Shown here: in pieces, positions 1-15,888 of the stretch
Layout: each line of letters starts with the position of its first letter
Numbering within the stretch: position 1 is the stretch's first letter
From: the human T2T-CHM13v2.0 reference genome, Homo sapiens
Reading direction: 5' to 3' (one strand)
Length of the DNA: 64,000 nt
Assembly (NCBI RefSeq): GCF_009914755.1
Contig: NC_060926.1
The notes under the pieces: generated by a model
Databases searched by the model: none
Seen by the model: the letters and a program-made list of their open reading frames with translations, nothing else
Told to the model about the DNA's origin: nothing
Made by a program: the position numbers and the translations under genes

Positions 1-700
1 ACGGTCACCTCCCTGCCTAATTGTGACACCAATAAATCCAAGAAAGGGGAGGACAGTGGCAGCAGGTCACAGTGGGAGGATCATGGCTTGGAGCAAAGAC
101 AAGGGCTGTGAGTTCCAGCCCTGCCACCATTAGCTGCAGTGTTTGCGCAGTTGGTTTCACCTCCCAGGTCTTCAGGTTCTTCATAGGGTCAGAACTCCAG
201 GTAGATCATTCCTGGGCTTCCTTCACCTTGAAAAATCTCTGCCTCAACCATATTCTAATCACAACATTACTATAAAATGATAGGCATGACTTCTATATTT
301 ACAAAAAGCCATAATGTATTTCCTCACTCTCTGTAGGAAGACATTTGAATTGTTACATTCTTTACTTTGCTCTAAAGCAAGGTTGTGGAAGGTTTCAGGT
401 GCCAGCAGGTTTCTCAGGGCTAGAGTCTGTAACAAAGAGATCCTGGAAAACTGGAGAGAGGTTGGGGAGGAGAGGAATGGACACAGCGTGGTTCTGGTCC
501 CACAGAGGTCCTATTGTCTGTAAGAATTTGATGTTGGCTAAAAGAGACATCAGGAGTCACTGGGGAGGGAGAAATTATGCTGTAATGGTCAGGGAAAGTG
601 GTTAGACTTTTTCAAAAACAAACAAAATGTAAAATTTTACATCTTCACTTTACCCTATATAGCCAACTTAAACTCCAAGATAGATCTAACAGTAACTCTT

Positions 701-736
<36 letters not shown>

Positions 737-1209
737 AGAAAATAGAAAAAAAAATTTGTGAAATTCAGTGTATAGAATTTTCTAAGATTCAATGAAATCA
801 CTAAAGAACATACTGACAGATTTGAGTTAAACTCATATACTTCATAAAAGGTAATCAAAATGTAAAGATCATTAACCTTTAGAGGAATTTGCAGAAAAGA
901 ATTAACATCTTCAGTATAAGGAAAATAAACAAATTTTAAAACTGATACTATAATCGAGTTCTCATATTCTGGCCCAAGAATAGGTTGCATCAGATTTAGT
1001 TTCAAGTGTAGATTCCTGTCCTCTGTCAAACTCTTCTGCCAAGTCTTCAGCCTCCAAAGGTTGGGATCCTTTCTCTTCTCTGGCAGAAGGCATTCATTCA
1101 TGTGAGGGTACAAAAGAGGAAGGAATGGTATATGGTTAACAGGAAAATGGAAGTCAATAATGTGCAAAGAAAAAGGACGAGATCATTTTGTATCAAGGTA
1201 TCCAAAAAA

Positions 1210-2010
<801 letters not shown>

Positions 2011-2808
2011 AAAAATCAAAAATCCTGAAAGGTACTTCCTGTGGATGTGCAATGGGCTTTCCGCAGCATTGCTTATGGCATGAGCACAGGGAAAGCCTTC
2101 TGCAGTATACATCAAGGTCCTTGACAAGTTCACACTCTGAATGCCGTCATTCTGCTTCGGGGACTCCTCCCAAGGGAGTAAGCCCAACTCAAGGAAAGGC
2201 TTTACTAACCAGCGTTGTTCATGTTAGCAAAAAGTTGGAAGCCAAGACTCTTGAAAAGCTTTGTGTGGTTAAATAAACCCTGAGCACCCACTGGCCAGAA
2301 ACACATGCAGCTATGGAAAGTGTTGTTTCTCGAGACTACAGAGTGACATGCGGAAATGCATATAATGTTCAGTGAAAAAGAGAATAAGCCAAATTATATC
2401 TACAGCATGATCTCAACTATGCAAAATGGTCCCATGCCCAGGAATGAAAACACAAAACATTAATAGTGGTTGTCTGGGGTCATGAGTCCATGGAAGATTT
2501 AACATTTTTGTTTTTTACTTGTCTGGGTCTTCCGGGTTTTTGAATGAGTGAGTAGTCTTATTGGGAAGGTGCATGGTAGATGGGAACACAGTCAAAAATG
2601 ATCTTTAGTGAAGGAAAAGAAAGGAAAGCAATTGCCTGCTACAGGTAGACCCTGGTGGAGGAGGCTGTTCAGGGAGTCTCACGTTAGCTACATGGTTCTT
2701 GCAATAACCAAATCAGGCAGCTGGTGTTGTGCTCCCATTTTGAACAGGAAAAAGTGAGGTTCCAGCAGGTTAGATAACTTGCCTTGGGTTTAGCAAATAA
2801 AAGTTTTT

Positions 2809-3251
<443 letters not shown>

Positions 3252-4590
3252 CTAGCACAGCATACCCCATTTGGCCCCACAAACCTGTCCTTGTCTAGCT
3301 AGAGTGGAAAGAAGGGAGACAATGAGACCACTTGTGATGGAGCACTGCAGGAAGGGATTCATGCACTCACAGTGGAGTCACCGCCTCTACATTGCAAGAG
3401 AGATGGGAGGCACTGATCCCTGCCCTGGTGTCCTGCACTGTTCAGAGCTACAGGAGAAAAATGAGCAAAATCGCAAGTATGGACCCTTTCTGCCTGCCCC
3501 CTGCACAGGCACCAGACTCGGTAGGTTAGCACTAGTTCCTGCAGGGGCGTTCAGTGCTTTCTTTAAAAAAATAAAATAAAATAAATAAAAGACAAAAAAA
3601 CCCGCTAATGGCTTGATATGAATTTCACTCATTATCTTCCCATAGCCCTTAAAACATCATTAAGTATTAAATTAGCAAGCTGAACTTCCTAAGAGGAGCA
3701 AGAATAATTTGAACTCTGGATTTTAATTACTTATCTTATAAACTTCTATCATGTGAGGTAGAGTGAAGAGCCCTGTCTACACCCCTGTGGACTTTCAAAG
3801 CAGCTATTTAAGATTTCATAAGACTATCCATTGTGACTACAGTGAATAAATTGTGGTCAAGGGAGTGTATCGATCAAACACCAGAAGGCTCCTCTCAGCT
3901 TCTGTCGCAATCTTGCACAGGAGAGAACTAGACCTAAACAGGAGGAAGAGTTGATAAGCAGTAAGCGAACGAATCTTGGTTCTGAAAAGAACAGCATCAT
4001 ATGTAAATTTCAATTTACATTTATTAGAATTTGCTCAGTAAATTGTGCTCTACGATGGAGTCAAGGCCAGATTGGGCTCTATTTCCACAACCCCCTAAGG
4101 AGTAGCTCACCAGTGTCCTAAGTGGCTGTTTCCTGGGTGAACATAGTACATATTTGCTGTCACGCTGGGAATACCAGTGAGAATCTCATGCATGGACAGA
4201 GGACATGATCATCTTTATGTTTGTAACCTCGGGCCTGGAACAGTCTCCTTTTGTGTTCACTTGATTCTGAAAGGTCAGTGTTTTAGAACAGGCTTTTCAC
4301 ATGGTTCACCAGGAGGCCAGTTAGATCCTGTAGTGAAAGGGCAAACTCATGGCACCCTTCTGCTTCTCAAGGCAGGATGCTGCAGGGGCAGTGAGGTAAG
4401 ACGGTGGACACGTGGAGGAGAACAAAGGGGAGCCCCAGGGGCATCTGCAGCCAGGTGGAGCCGTTCAGCCTTCTGGCACACATCTGTTGGCTGGGTGGAG
4501 GTATGAGGGCGCAGATCTGAAAACCAAGTGGTGACCTAGGGAGGGAACAAGCGCTGTGCAGCATTGATGAAACTTAAAAGATGAAGTCCT

Positions 4591-5400
<810 letters not shown>

Positions 5401-5539
5401 TTGTTAAAACTGTATGGCAGGAATCCACAGGAAATAAATGCAGGCCAAAATAACTGAAGCCCCACAAAGGGAGTACACTCCAAACCTGCTGCTTCGTTTG
5501 GTGATACCCATTGTTGGTACGTGCATTCACCTGTCTCTA

Positions 5540-5848
5540 CAGCTGTGCACAGTGTGGCTATTGAGACGCTGAAATGTTGAGTGCTGGACCCTGAAACGCT
5601 GTGTGAGATGTGCTGTCAGTGTAAAGTGCATACTGGATTTAAAAGATTTAGTAGGAAAAACGAATGCAAGCTCTGCTATTATTTTTTAATATTGATTATA
5701 TGTTGAAATAACATTTTGTGTATGTTAGGTGAAATAAAGTGTATTTTCAAAATTATACTCACCCATATAGCTTTACTTGTAAAAATGTGGCTTGTAGGCA
5801 TTTGAAATTACATATGTGACTCATATTATATTTCTCTTCACACCGCTG
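5540..5848 (-). mobile_element. MER33 (hAT-Charlie MITE)
   Basis: Reverse complement matches recalled MER33 consensus (gagatgtgctgtcagtgtaaa...tttgaaattacatatgtgactcatattatatttct). Confidence 0.8.
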
Positions 5849-7701
5849 TTCTAGACTGTGTTCATATTTCTACCTTGGGGGTATTAATCCTTAAGTCACT
5901 ATCCACTGGGTCATTAATTTTGTTTTCCTTGACATTATTTCCTCAGACTTCAATGTGCACCCCTGTTTGAGTGTTGGGGGTTTCAGTGAGTCATTGTTTG
6001 CCCTTCGTGATTCCTAGACAATTCTCCTAACTTGCTTAGCCTGTCTCACGAAGGCCTCGACCGCGGGTAGAGCTGGAACCACCTGAGATTCGAGGGGAAA
6101 AGAGTGAGTGATAGGTGTCACAACTTTTGGAATCTCATTCTTGGATCCTATTTGTGAAGGTTTGCATGTCTCCATGAAAAGCACTAGCATTCCGAGTTGC
6201 TTGTCTGTGTTCTTACACATTTTGTTTTTACCTCATTGTTGACCCATCATGCATTTATTCCACAATCCAGATGTGAGAAAGCACTTCAGAGCCTAATCAA
6301 AATGGCAGCTCTTTGCCCTCTTGTTGCTCTCATGTTTATCTCCCTCCATTCAGCCTTCTGTCTGTCCTTCCATCCATTCTTTTATCAAGTTGTGACAGCC
6401 CCTAGTATGAGCCAGGCATAGGGCCGAATTCAGCAGTGAGGCAACCAGGCCCATTCCCCAAACTCACAGGGCTAGCAGATGGTAGCACCAGCTTCAGCTT
6501 TGCTGCATGTCTGATGAATCACTGGCTCTTGACCAACTTTCCCCAAAACTCTTGGAGGAAAAGTGCACAATGCCTAGTACAGAGGGTCTCAGCCCACTCA
6601 GCTTGAATGGGGAAGGTTAAGGTAAGGGTTGGAGTCCGTACTGCCTTCTCCCAAGGACTCCTCTGAGAAATAACCCCTCGAAATAACCCCCCTCCCTCCA
6701 AACACATTCTACTTATCACATCTTCCAGTAATACATTTTGATTAGAGGGATTGGAGCTAAGAGCCCTACTTAAGCAAAATTAAGGAGCTTTGTCTAAAAT
6801 TGACATATTGAGAGAAACCCATCCAAAACCAGAACAGAAAAATGGATCCAGCTCTCTCTGGCAATTACAGGTAACTCTCCCTGTGGCATGTAACTGCCCA
6901 GTAAAAGTCAGACAAGACCATCCATTAGGATTTAAGTGTCACGTGTTTAATTCTGCTTGCTAATTAGTAGCCTTTCTTTTCCTGAATTAAACGTGTGGTT
7001 AATTCTGGTTGAGAACTGTTTCGTTACATGACTATCCACATTCCCGAGCACAGGCTCCCAATGCTGTCTGCTTTCTCACAAGCCCCCGGTCCTTGGTGCA
7101 GATCCAGTTAGAGGGGACCTGTGTTACCTGCTGGTTGGGTGTGGAAAAAGTATTCTTTGATAAGCATTTAAATGTTCATTTAGATCTAATTGGAAGTAAA
7201 TTAGTAAAGACTCAGGGTAAAGAAAAGAAAATATTTTTCATTCAGACTTTGAAATTGATTTTTCAAAATTTGATGTTTATAAAGAAAAGAAGTGGAAATA
7301 ATGCTCACAGAATTCAAGCCATGCGGCACACTCCGAGTGCATTGCATCTGCTTTAGCAGCTCGGACTTCGGAAGCAATGTAGAGAGAATGTGTGTATGGG
7401 CGGGGTGGGGGCGGGGGCGGGGGCATGTGTTTAGCAGAATCATAACCCCTGTGAATCAAAAGGAAGCACCTGTGGTGCCAGGGAAGGACCAAACATGAAA
7501 AGAGAGAGGTGTCCACGCTGCTTGCACCCTGACCTTTTCAGATGAGCTATGAGTCATTTAAAAATTTCAGAGCAGGTAGTAAGACAGCACCTGGGTGAGG
7601 AAGTAGGGCAGGTGATGGAGAGTGGTAGGGCGTGCATTTCTGCCAGAATTGGGAGTGGCTGGTGCGGCATGGATAGGACAGGCTGTCCAAGCACAAGCTT
7701 A

Positions 7702-8010
<309 letters not shown>

Positions 8011-9676
8011 AGATGTTATCATTCCCTGAGATCGCCCCTGAGCTTTCATTTGTTGAAAACATTTGCTGAGCCCTTCCATATAGTAGATGGCAGGGACATG
8101 GAAATAAAAAGCTCAGTCCTTGCTCTCAAGGAGCTGGCTAATGAGAGAGCAGCCCAGTGGATTGTCAGTCAGTGTGGTGGCTGCCCTCAGATGTGGCCAT
8201 GGGGCTTCCTGGGTCCATATTTAGGAACAGGCCAGAGCAGGCCACTGCAGTGACTTGGTAACCATTGGATAGGTCACTAGATATGTGTTTCAGGGAGGGT
8301 TCTAATCGTGAAAGGCCACTGCCTCCAAGAGTGGGAGCCTGGCCAAGTCTCCGCAAATGGGTGGCGTGAAAACACGCTCCTGTTAACCTGGGCTGCATGA
8401 CCACAGCAAGTGTTTCTGTGCACCCGGCGTCTGCTACAGGGCAGGCCACAGTTTACTCTTGAACTTCGCTTTCCTTCAGTTCTCACCAAATGACTCTTTG
8501 TCCCACTGAAACAACCACATGTGTATATTTTGTGATCTGTAACACTTGGTCTCTCTTATGTCTGCTTCGGAGAGCTCAAGCTGCCTCCTGGCATTGAAGA
8601 AGAAGCACATTGCCTTAATTTTGTGTATTTGGCCATTATCAGCTGTAGGCAAGTTGGAAAACTGGTTGTAAAACATCCTTTAGGAATCTGGAAGAAAAAG
8701 TCAGTACTCAAGAGAAGGAAATGATGCAGCTCTTTATAAAACATGATTCAGTGTTAACCAGTTTGTTTGCATGATAGTCCTAGACAAAGAGGCCAGGGGT
8801 TAAGTCATGGAAAAGAGGTCTCGTTGCCTCTCTTTTGCATCATATCAGGGACTTTGCTGTAATTTCTAGTTCCTTCTCACTGTGAAAGCTACAGGCCATC
8901 TGACTCAGCCTCTGTCTTCAGGGATGAGGATGCTATCCATATTTTAAAACCGTGACCAGCAAGACGTAGAGAAAGAAAGTGATTTGCCAGGCTGGTAGGT
9001 GGTGATAATGGTTAGACTGGAATTCGAGTCTCTTGCCCTTGTCTCTCCCTTTGTCATCTGCTTTAATGCTTAAAAAACTGCAGAGAAAAACAAACTCCTT
9101 CCAGCGTGCACTCTCACTTCTATTAGTTACTTTAATTTCCTCGCTGAGCAGAGAAAGCATTGTCACACTAAAGTTTTTGCTGTGAGGGTCTCTGTTTCCA
9201 GTGGTCTCTGTGTTCCCTTTCGTTATGGGGAAGGCTGGCCTGATGTGGTGGGGCTGGAAGAGTTAGGGGTGCTGAGCAAGGAGCAATTCAGAAGGTGGCG
9301 GGGAGTTCCCAGGACTGCACATAAAAATTAATTACAGAAAAGAAATACATCATTAACGTCAGATCTCACAATAGGTCCCAGTGTGACTATTATGTGAAAT
9401 TAATTACTCCCTACTTTATTTTTTTAATCACCTTCTCCGTACTCTGAAAATAGTCCTAATTACTGACATTAGTTGTTTAAGTCATTAAGGGTGATCATGT
9501 TACACGTCAGTGTGCACGCCCCGTCCTGTTTATTTGGATTTAAATATAGCAGCCCTTGCCCTCCATAGTGTAATTTTCCTGCTCAATAAGATATTTAGTA
9601 AAACTAAGTAAGGTTGCATAATCAACGCCTCAAGAATATAAGTTGTTGGAGTAAAATAATAAAAACACATGCATTT

Positions 9677-9964
9677 GTCTGGGCACGGTGGCTCACGCCT
9701 GTAATCCCAGCACTTTGGGAGGCCAAGGCAGGTGGATCACTTGAGGTCAGGAGTTCAAGACCAGCCTGGCCAACAAGGCGAAACCCTGTATCTACAAAAA
9801 ATACAAAATTAGCCGGGCATGGTAACATGCGCCTGTGATCCTAGCTCAGGTGGCTGAAAGGCATGAGAATCGCCTGAACCCGAGAGGCGGAGGTTGCAGT
9901 GAGCCGAGATCATGCTACTGCGCTCCAGCCTGGGTGACAGAGCGAGACTCCATCTCAAAAAAAA
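9677..9964 (+). mobile_element. AluS
   Basis: Dimeric Alu; TSD catgcatttgt. Confidence 0.93.
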
Positions 9965-10039
9965 TAGCATGCATTTGTGATGGAAAGACCACTGCCTCCA
10001 AGAGTGGAAGCCAGGTCAAGTCTCTGTGGTCGAGATCTT

Positions 10040-10445
10040 TTGTTCAGTCCTTTATTCCAGAAAATATGCTTCAGCCCTGGGAATTGAAAGTGAGGAAAAC
10101 AAGTCAAACCCAGAGCTCATAGAATAGTGGGATAGATGGGCATTAAATGGATAATCACCTAAATCAGTGTAGAATATCACCTTGTGATGGGGAGTTCGGT
10201 CCAGTCTAGGGGACAGGGGTGGCCCTTCGAGGAAGTGGATGGATTTGAACTTAGACCTGAATGGTGGGAAGGGAGTAGGAACCAGTGACGCCAGGGGAGC
10301 GAGCAGAGCTTTTCAGGTAGAGGGAACAGCATAGAAGGACACCTTGGGTGGAGAGGATGGGAAATGTTCCTTGAGGGGTGGTTAGAGGTATAGGTGCAGA
10401 TTACCAAGGCCCTGGTAGTTTTGCCAGAAGTGCAGTGGGAAAGCG
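10040..10445 (-). mobile_element. L2 fragment
   Basis: Purine-rich L2 antisense pattern (tttgaacttagacctgaatgg, caggtagagggaacagc). Confidence 0.6.
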
Positions 10446-10474
10446 GTAAGGGTGGGTGGGTTGGTTGGTTGGTG

Positions 10475-11545
10475 TTAACTTTTTATTTAGAATCATTTCA
10501 AACTTAAGAGAAAAGTTGTAAGAATAGGGCAACTAGCTTCCTTATAGCCTTTGCTAAGAATGTTAACATTTGATCACAGTTGCCTATCATGTTCTGTATT
10601 TATATTACTGTTTTTTACTAAACCATTTGAAGGTAAGTTGCAGATATGAGGCTTAAGGACACTTTCCTGTGTATGTATCCATGATTCAGTCATCAAAAGA
10701 AGGCAATTAACACTGATACAGTATTTCTTTCTAATGCTTGGTCCCCTTTGGAATTCCACAGATTGTCCCAATAATGTCCTCTACAGATTCAGGATCCAAT
10801 ACAGGATCACACGTTGCATTTCGTTGTCTTCTGGTGTTTAGTTTCTTCCTTCTGGGATGGTTCTCTAAGTCTTCACTTGTTTTTTGTGACCTAGATGTTT
10901 TGGAAGATTACAGGTCATTTCCTTCATAGAATGACCCTCAGTTGGGGTTTGTCTTATGTGTTCTAATGATTAGATTCAGATTCTGTACTTCTGGCAGGAA
11001 TATCAGAGTGATGCAGTGTATCAGACGACCATGCTGTTGATTAGTCCCATGACTGGTGATGTTAACTTTGATCTCTTGATTAAGGCGGTATCTGCCAGGT
11101 TTCTCCGCTGAACTATTTTTCCTTTTAATTATTATGTTGTGGGAGATATCCTGAGACTATGTAAATATATTGTTTCTCATCAAGCCTCACCCACTAGTTT
11201 TAGTATCCATTGATTTTTCTTGCTTGAAACATTACTATGGTGGTTGCCAAATGGTAAGTTTCTAATTCAATCCTCCCTTCTACGTGTGTTAGTTGGCAGT
11301 CTACTTGAAGGAGGAGCTTTCCTTCTCCTCCATCCATTCATTCTTTGTTTATTCTCTATATCAGTATGGGTTTGTAGATTTCTTTTATTTGGTGGATTAT
11401 AATTACAGTTTGGGTTCTCAGATTGTCCCAGATTTGGCTGGGGAGAGCTCTTTCCAGCTGGCTTCTGACGTGTCCGCATCATTCTTTGAGCTCTTCTGAC
11501 TTTCCAGGCTCATTCTGTACTTTCCTTCCTCCCCACTGGACTTAG
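10475..11545 (-). mobile_element. L1MC/L1ME 3' fragment
   Basis: tttcaaacttaagagaaaagttgtaagaatag; ggtgatgttaactttgatc; gttctcagattgtcccagatttgg. Confidence 0.8.
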
Positions 11546-11550
11546 CATGG

Positions 11551-12350
<800 letters not shown>

Positions 12351-15300
12351 GACCACACACCTGGGGGCCTCTTCTACAGGTATTGAATCAGGCTGTCCTG
12401 GGTAGAAGAGTGTGTCCTTCAACTCATATTCTGCCTTGTTTTCCCTTTGCAATGCTTGGCAGATGCTTGGCATTTTCACAACAGATATGAAAGCCTTTGG
12501 GCATGTTTTCTGGGTCTGGCTGTTGGTATGTGTATCAAGAAAAAGAAATGTAAACAGATTACCTCTCTGCACCATCCTATGACTACCAACCCGGTGGACT
12601 GGGGAAGATGTCAACAGGAATTGTCACTTTTTTTGTATTAAGGGATCTGTGTTAAGAAAAGAATGTGTGTATATGTATGTATACATATGTATGTCTATAT
12701 GTAGTATTTAAAATCTTTGCTGTCAAAAAATACATTATGTCAAAATTAAAATTGATAAGGGGTAATTAAAAATAGATTGTGGATAAAGAATTTATGATGA
12801 GGAAACTATAATCATAGCATTCTCACAACCTATCGGATGGGTAAAAGGAAAAAAAAGAATACATCTCAAAGAAAGCTGTAGTCAGAGCTACTGCTAAGTA
12901 GATGCGTAGTTCACAAACACAGTGGTTTTGTTGTCTGATCAGACCTCGGAAGGGGATCTGGCTTCTATGCAGTAGGTTCAATCATTTCTGTAGATACAGA
13001 TGTTGTTTGTTTTGGCATTTTTGGTAATGTTTACTTGAGGGTTGGTTGGGGTTTTTTTTGCCTCTAAATCAGAAACAGCTGATATTCATCGGGCTGTATT
13101 TAACTTCTGCTTTTGTCTGAAAAGCAAAGTTGGAGGGTTTCATTGCCTCGTAGCTTAATTTTTATTTCAAATCAAGGGCTGGTATTAACCATAGCTTGGC
13201 AGTGCAGAAGGCTGTGGTCAGGTCTGGAGGTCAGGGCATGGTGATCCAGCGGCTGCCTGACAGTCACTGCCCAGAGCTTCCCTTACCATAACCTTCCTCA
13301 GTAGACTAGAAAAGGTTTTCAGGTTTGCCCAGGTTATCCACACGTACCATGGCATAGTTTCTCCAGCAAGTCAGCACACTGCCGTTCCTTTTTCACACCT
13401 GAAACACGCATTGGGCCTGGCTTTTGCATATAGTTTGGCTTTAGATTCTATGTGGAAAGGGGCAGACAGTGCTCCACTTCCTGTTGATGAGCTCTTCCTT
13501 TTACGGGAGTTGCTCTTGTACGCCTCCCATTTTGTGTCCTCCCCAGACCAGACATGGCAGTGAGGGGGACGTATGTGAGTGACCCTCTTCTTACCCTGCC
13601 TTTTGGCAGCATTAATAACAGCTATGTATGGAGCTGTTAGTGAAATGGTGTTGTCGGGTCAGGAAGGAGTAAGCTCTGCCTTGCTATAAGGTCGTGAGGA
13701 AGGATGTATCTTCACTTCCGTGTCAAGAGCCTTAGCCCGTGCACAGCAGTGCCACCATGGCAGTCACCTATCCTCTTGGTTAATCTGATGCCTCTGAAAG
13801 CCTACTTTGAAACAACAGCCCGACCTTCTCACTGTCTAAAATAAGAGCTAGAGCAGAAGGGGCTAGTCTACCGCTAGTAGCACTTAGCACAATGACCCAA
13901 GTGCTGGAGCATCTCACACAGGTGTAGGAGTTGGATGCTCAGCCACACTGGTTCCATTCAAGCAAAAGAGGGCCATGGCTGCTAGACTCTGCTTCCTCTT
14001 CCCTGCTTTGATGGTGGGTTGCTTGGTTGATTAGTTGGTTGGTTGGTTTGATGGGAACCCCATGCAGTTACCTATGAGCCCTTTCCTGAGTTGCTATCTG
14101 TGTGTTAGAGAAAGAGATCCTGGCAGATAGAAAGATGTGCATATCAGTGGCCACACAGTCCGTGGGCCCACAGATCTGTGCCCCATGTTTGGAGGAGTGG
14201 TTGCTTTTTTCAACATCCTAGAGGGATGTGAAGCCCAGCTTGAGCGTCTCATGGGGAATTATATCTAATGGGTCAGAATGGCATGAGAATGACTCTAAAT
14301 AGCTTTTCTTTCTTTCTTCCTGCTAGTCTAAACACAGGAATGAGAAATAAATGCTAACGAGTTGCATCCTTAAATACAGTTGGACCATTTTCACGCAATG
14401 GTGAAGACATGTTTTTTTGTGCAAATATTTTATATCTTTGCCATTTTGACCATTCTTATTTTAGTTTCTTCCATCTGTGAGCTCTAATGTATATATGTAT
14501 ATAATTTATATAGCCCTCCTTGCATTCCACTTTGTAGTGTGAGGATTGCTGCAGATCTCCTTCTCTCTCTCTCATGGACAGTGTCCTCCATCAGTATAAG
14601 CTTTTGACCTAAAGCACACCTTAATTTGTCACGCTGCCAAATCCAAGCCAAACACAACTCAGCACTTAGAAATTGTCTGAAATGTGAATGAAAATATTTC
14701 TATCATATCGAGACTGGGCTAATTGTGAAAGCATTATGCCGAGATGTCATGAAGATGGGATGTGTAGTGAGCTATCAGTAGCTAGATGCTTGGTGGGAAT
14801 TTGGTTGACTTACATGATTATGAATTAGCATCCTATTTCTCTGTGAGTTATTCATAATTCAGAGCCCATGTGGGATACCTTTTATCTTTTCGGCTTGTTG
14901 ATTTGTATGTTGGTTTTGTAGAGGAAGAGTGCTCATCTGAATGTCAGAAAAACATTTTGTGGTTATTGTTTTAGTTGTTTACCAAATTACCTTAAGTTCT
15001 AGACTGAGTAGTCCATCAGGATAAAATATTAGTATATTTAAATTGCTCACAAATTTCCCTGATCTCTTCCAAAACTGTGTGATATAATAATATTCGGATA
15101 TAAATAAAGCCTCTCCCGCATTTAATGGTGCTGGGTTCAGCATTAAGTTTCCATACGATTAGCCAACAACTCCTTGGAATAAAAAGTCCACGAGAACCTT
15201 ACCTTGGGACACGTGGGAAGTGTCTTCCTTGAAACTCTGGAGCCATTTCTGAGGCACCAAGGAACATGGCATTGAAAAATGGTTGACAAGTCTTTTATAT

Positions 15301-15426
15301 TGCTTGAACATCTACATAACAAAGAAAAAATGGGGCACAACACCCCCTTAGTCTTTAAAGTGACTGTTAAGTATTTCTGGTAAGTGTCAACATTTGTAAC
15401 CAAGGATTTATGTTGAAAATTTAGAG

Positions 15427-15888
15427 CAGCAGTTCCCAAACTTGTTGATTTCAGGCTTCTTTTACATTCTTCAGAATTATTGAGAATCCCAAAGAGGTTT
15501 TGTTTATGTGGGTTTATCTATGAGTATTTATCACCTTATAAATGAAAACTGAGAACATTTAAAAATGTTTATTAATTCATTTAAAAATAATAAGTGCATT
15601 GCATTTTAACACAAAAATAATAACTACGTTTCCCCAAACAGTATAATTTAGTGAGAAGAGTAGCATTGTTTTAATTTTTGCAAATCTCTTCAATGTCCAG
15701 CTTCACAGAAGGCAAATATCACGTGCCAGTGTCCTCTGGGAAACTCCACTGTACATTTGTGAGAAAATGAGATTGAGAAAGACAGATAATGTCTTGGCTT
15801 TATTATGAAAATAGTTTAGACTTTATGGATCCCCTTAAAATGTCATGAGCTCCCAAGGGGTCACCAGACCACACTTTGAGAACTGCTA
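15427..15888 (+). mobile_element. hAT-Charlie non-autonomous DNA transposon (Charlie4-like)
   Basis: TIRs cagcagttcccaaa...tttgagaactgct; degenerate 8-bp TSD atttagag/atacagag. Confidence 0.75.
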
